A DNA stretch of 64,000 bases from an uncultured Pseudomonadota bacterium (GTDB taxonomy: Bacteria > Desulfobacterota > Binatia > Binatales > Binataceae). Under the pieces are notes generated by a model. That model saw only the letters and a program-made list of their open reading frames with translations. It had not been told where the DNA came from and made no database searches. The stretch is taken from the NCBI GenBank assembly GCA_963837035.1, contig CAWIMH010000035.1:20319-84318 (forward strand). The letters are read 5' to 3'. A program made the position numbers and the translations under genes. Shown here one piece after another: positions 63,305 to 64,000 of the stretch (position 1 is the first letter of the stretch; every line of letters begins with the position of its first letter).

Positions 63305-63377
63305 ACCGCCGCATGGCATCAACCACCGCATGGCATCAACCACCGCATGGCATAAACCACCGCATGGCATAAACCGC
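63304..63377. repeat. four tandem 17-bp direct repeats (CGCATGGCAT[C/A]AACC[A/G]C), iteron-like
   Basis: CGCATGGCAT recurs at 63310, 63327, 63344 and 63361 with an exact 17-bp period. Confidence 0.85.
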
Positions 63378-64000
63378 CGACGCCTTCCCGAGGGTGGTTC
63401 GTATGCGCAGCAATCCTCAGATTCGTTAGCGTGCTCTCCTCGCCTTTGCGAATGTGTCCCCCCAGCTCATTCGCCCGACGCATCGGCAGCACGAAATGGT
63501 ATAGCCAGGTGATAATTCCTTATCGGCGTGGTGGACCTGATTTGGAGCCTCTTACCCACAAGCGGCTATTGAATGTACCGGCGTACTAATTGATTCTTGG
63601 CATGTAAGCTGCGTAACTTCGGGTTACACTTTTGGTTATCAATAAAAGACAGCAGTTATGAATCACAGAACCCGCGCACTGCTTCGAGAGGGGAAACACG
63701 TCCTTGACCTTCACGTGTCGCGCCCAGTGAAGGCACTGCCCAGGCTCTTTGCTTCATCGTCGAGGCTTGTGGGCAAACGGAATGCACCGTTGCGATCACG
63801 CTCGGACCCGGAGAACGCTTCGAGCATGCGACGTAACGACCTCGCTCTTCGCGGAGCTGGTAGTTAAGAACGGCACGATCATTAGCCAGTTGAATCGCCG
63901 GCATGAAAAAGCCTCAACCGGCCCACCGCCTCCGGCACCATTGCTCGCATGGCAGACGGCGATTTCGCTTGGGCCAGTCTACATGCCTTCACGAACCATT

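Noticed and set aside
63237-63512. 91-aa ORF with reiterated HKPPHGIN peptide
   Set aside because: It is produced by translating the 17-bp tandem repeats and is not a credible gene

Overview
This window is a high-GC (about 63%) bacterial chromosomal segment. Its core, from about 6.7 to 38.6 kb on the + strand, is the canonical translation and transcription gene super-cluster: tRNA-Trp, secE, nusG, rplK-rplA-rplJ-rplL, rpoB-rpoC, then the str operon (rpsL-rpsG-fusA-tuf), the S10 operon, the spc operon (ending secY-adk-map-infA-rpmJ) and the alpha operon (rpsM-rpsK-rpsD-rpoA-rplQ). Every expected gene is present and co-linear, including a 37-aa rpmJ that the ORF track missed. Downstream are tldD/tldE (pmbA), clpB, a frameshifted MFS transporter, a small redox module (cupredoxin, cytochrome c, SMP-30 lactonase-like, peroxiredoxin), assorted metabolic genes (BNR propeller, VOC, M20 peptidase, ubiE, DUF385 nitroreductase-like, SDR, CoA-transferase) and an emrA/emrB efflux pair. 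Three lower-GC accessory patches flank this core. At the left end (1-6.7 kb) are tandem paralogous zinc-ribbon ORFs and an uncharacterised five-gene minus-strand operon in a roughly 50% GC island, sitting 5' of tRNA-Trp. At 49.0-50.1 kb is an AT-rich islet carrying a dCTP-deaminase homologue interrupted by an in-frame TAA. At the right end (60.7-64 kb) is a mobile-element-like region with a GIY-YIG nuclease, a wHTH protein, long inverted repeats and four 17-bp iteron-like direct repeats. Several otherwise intact genes, including essential rpoB, carry apparent single-nucleotide frameshifts, most at or next to short homopolymer runs, which suggests sequence errors or real pseudogenisation. No CRISPR array, rRNA, integrase or transposase was recognised.
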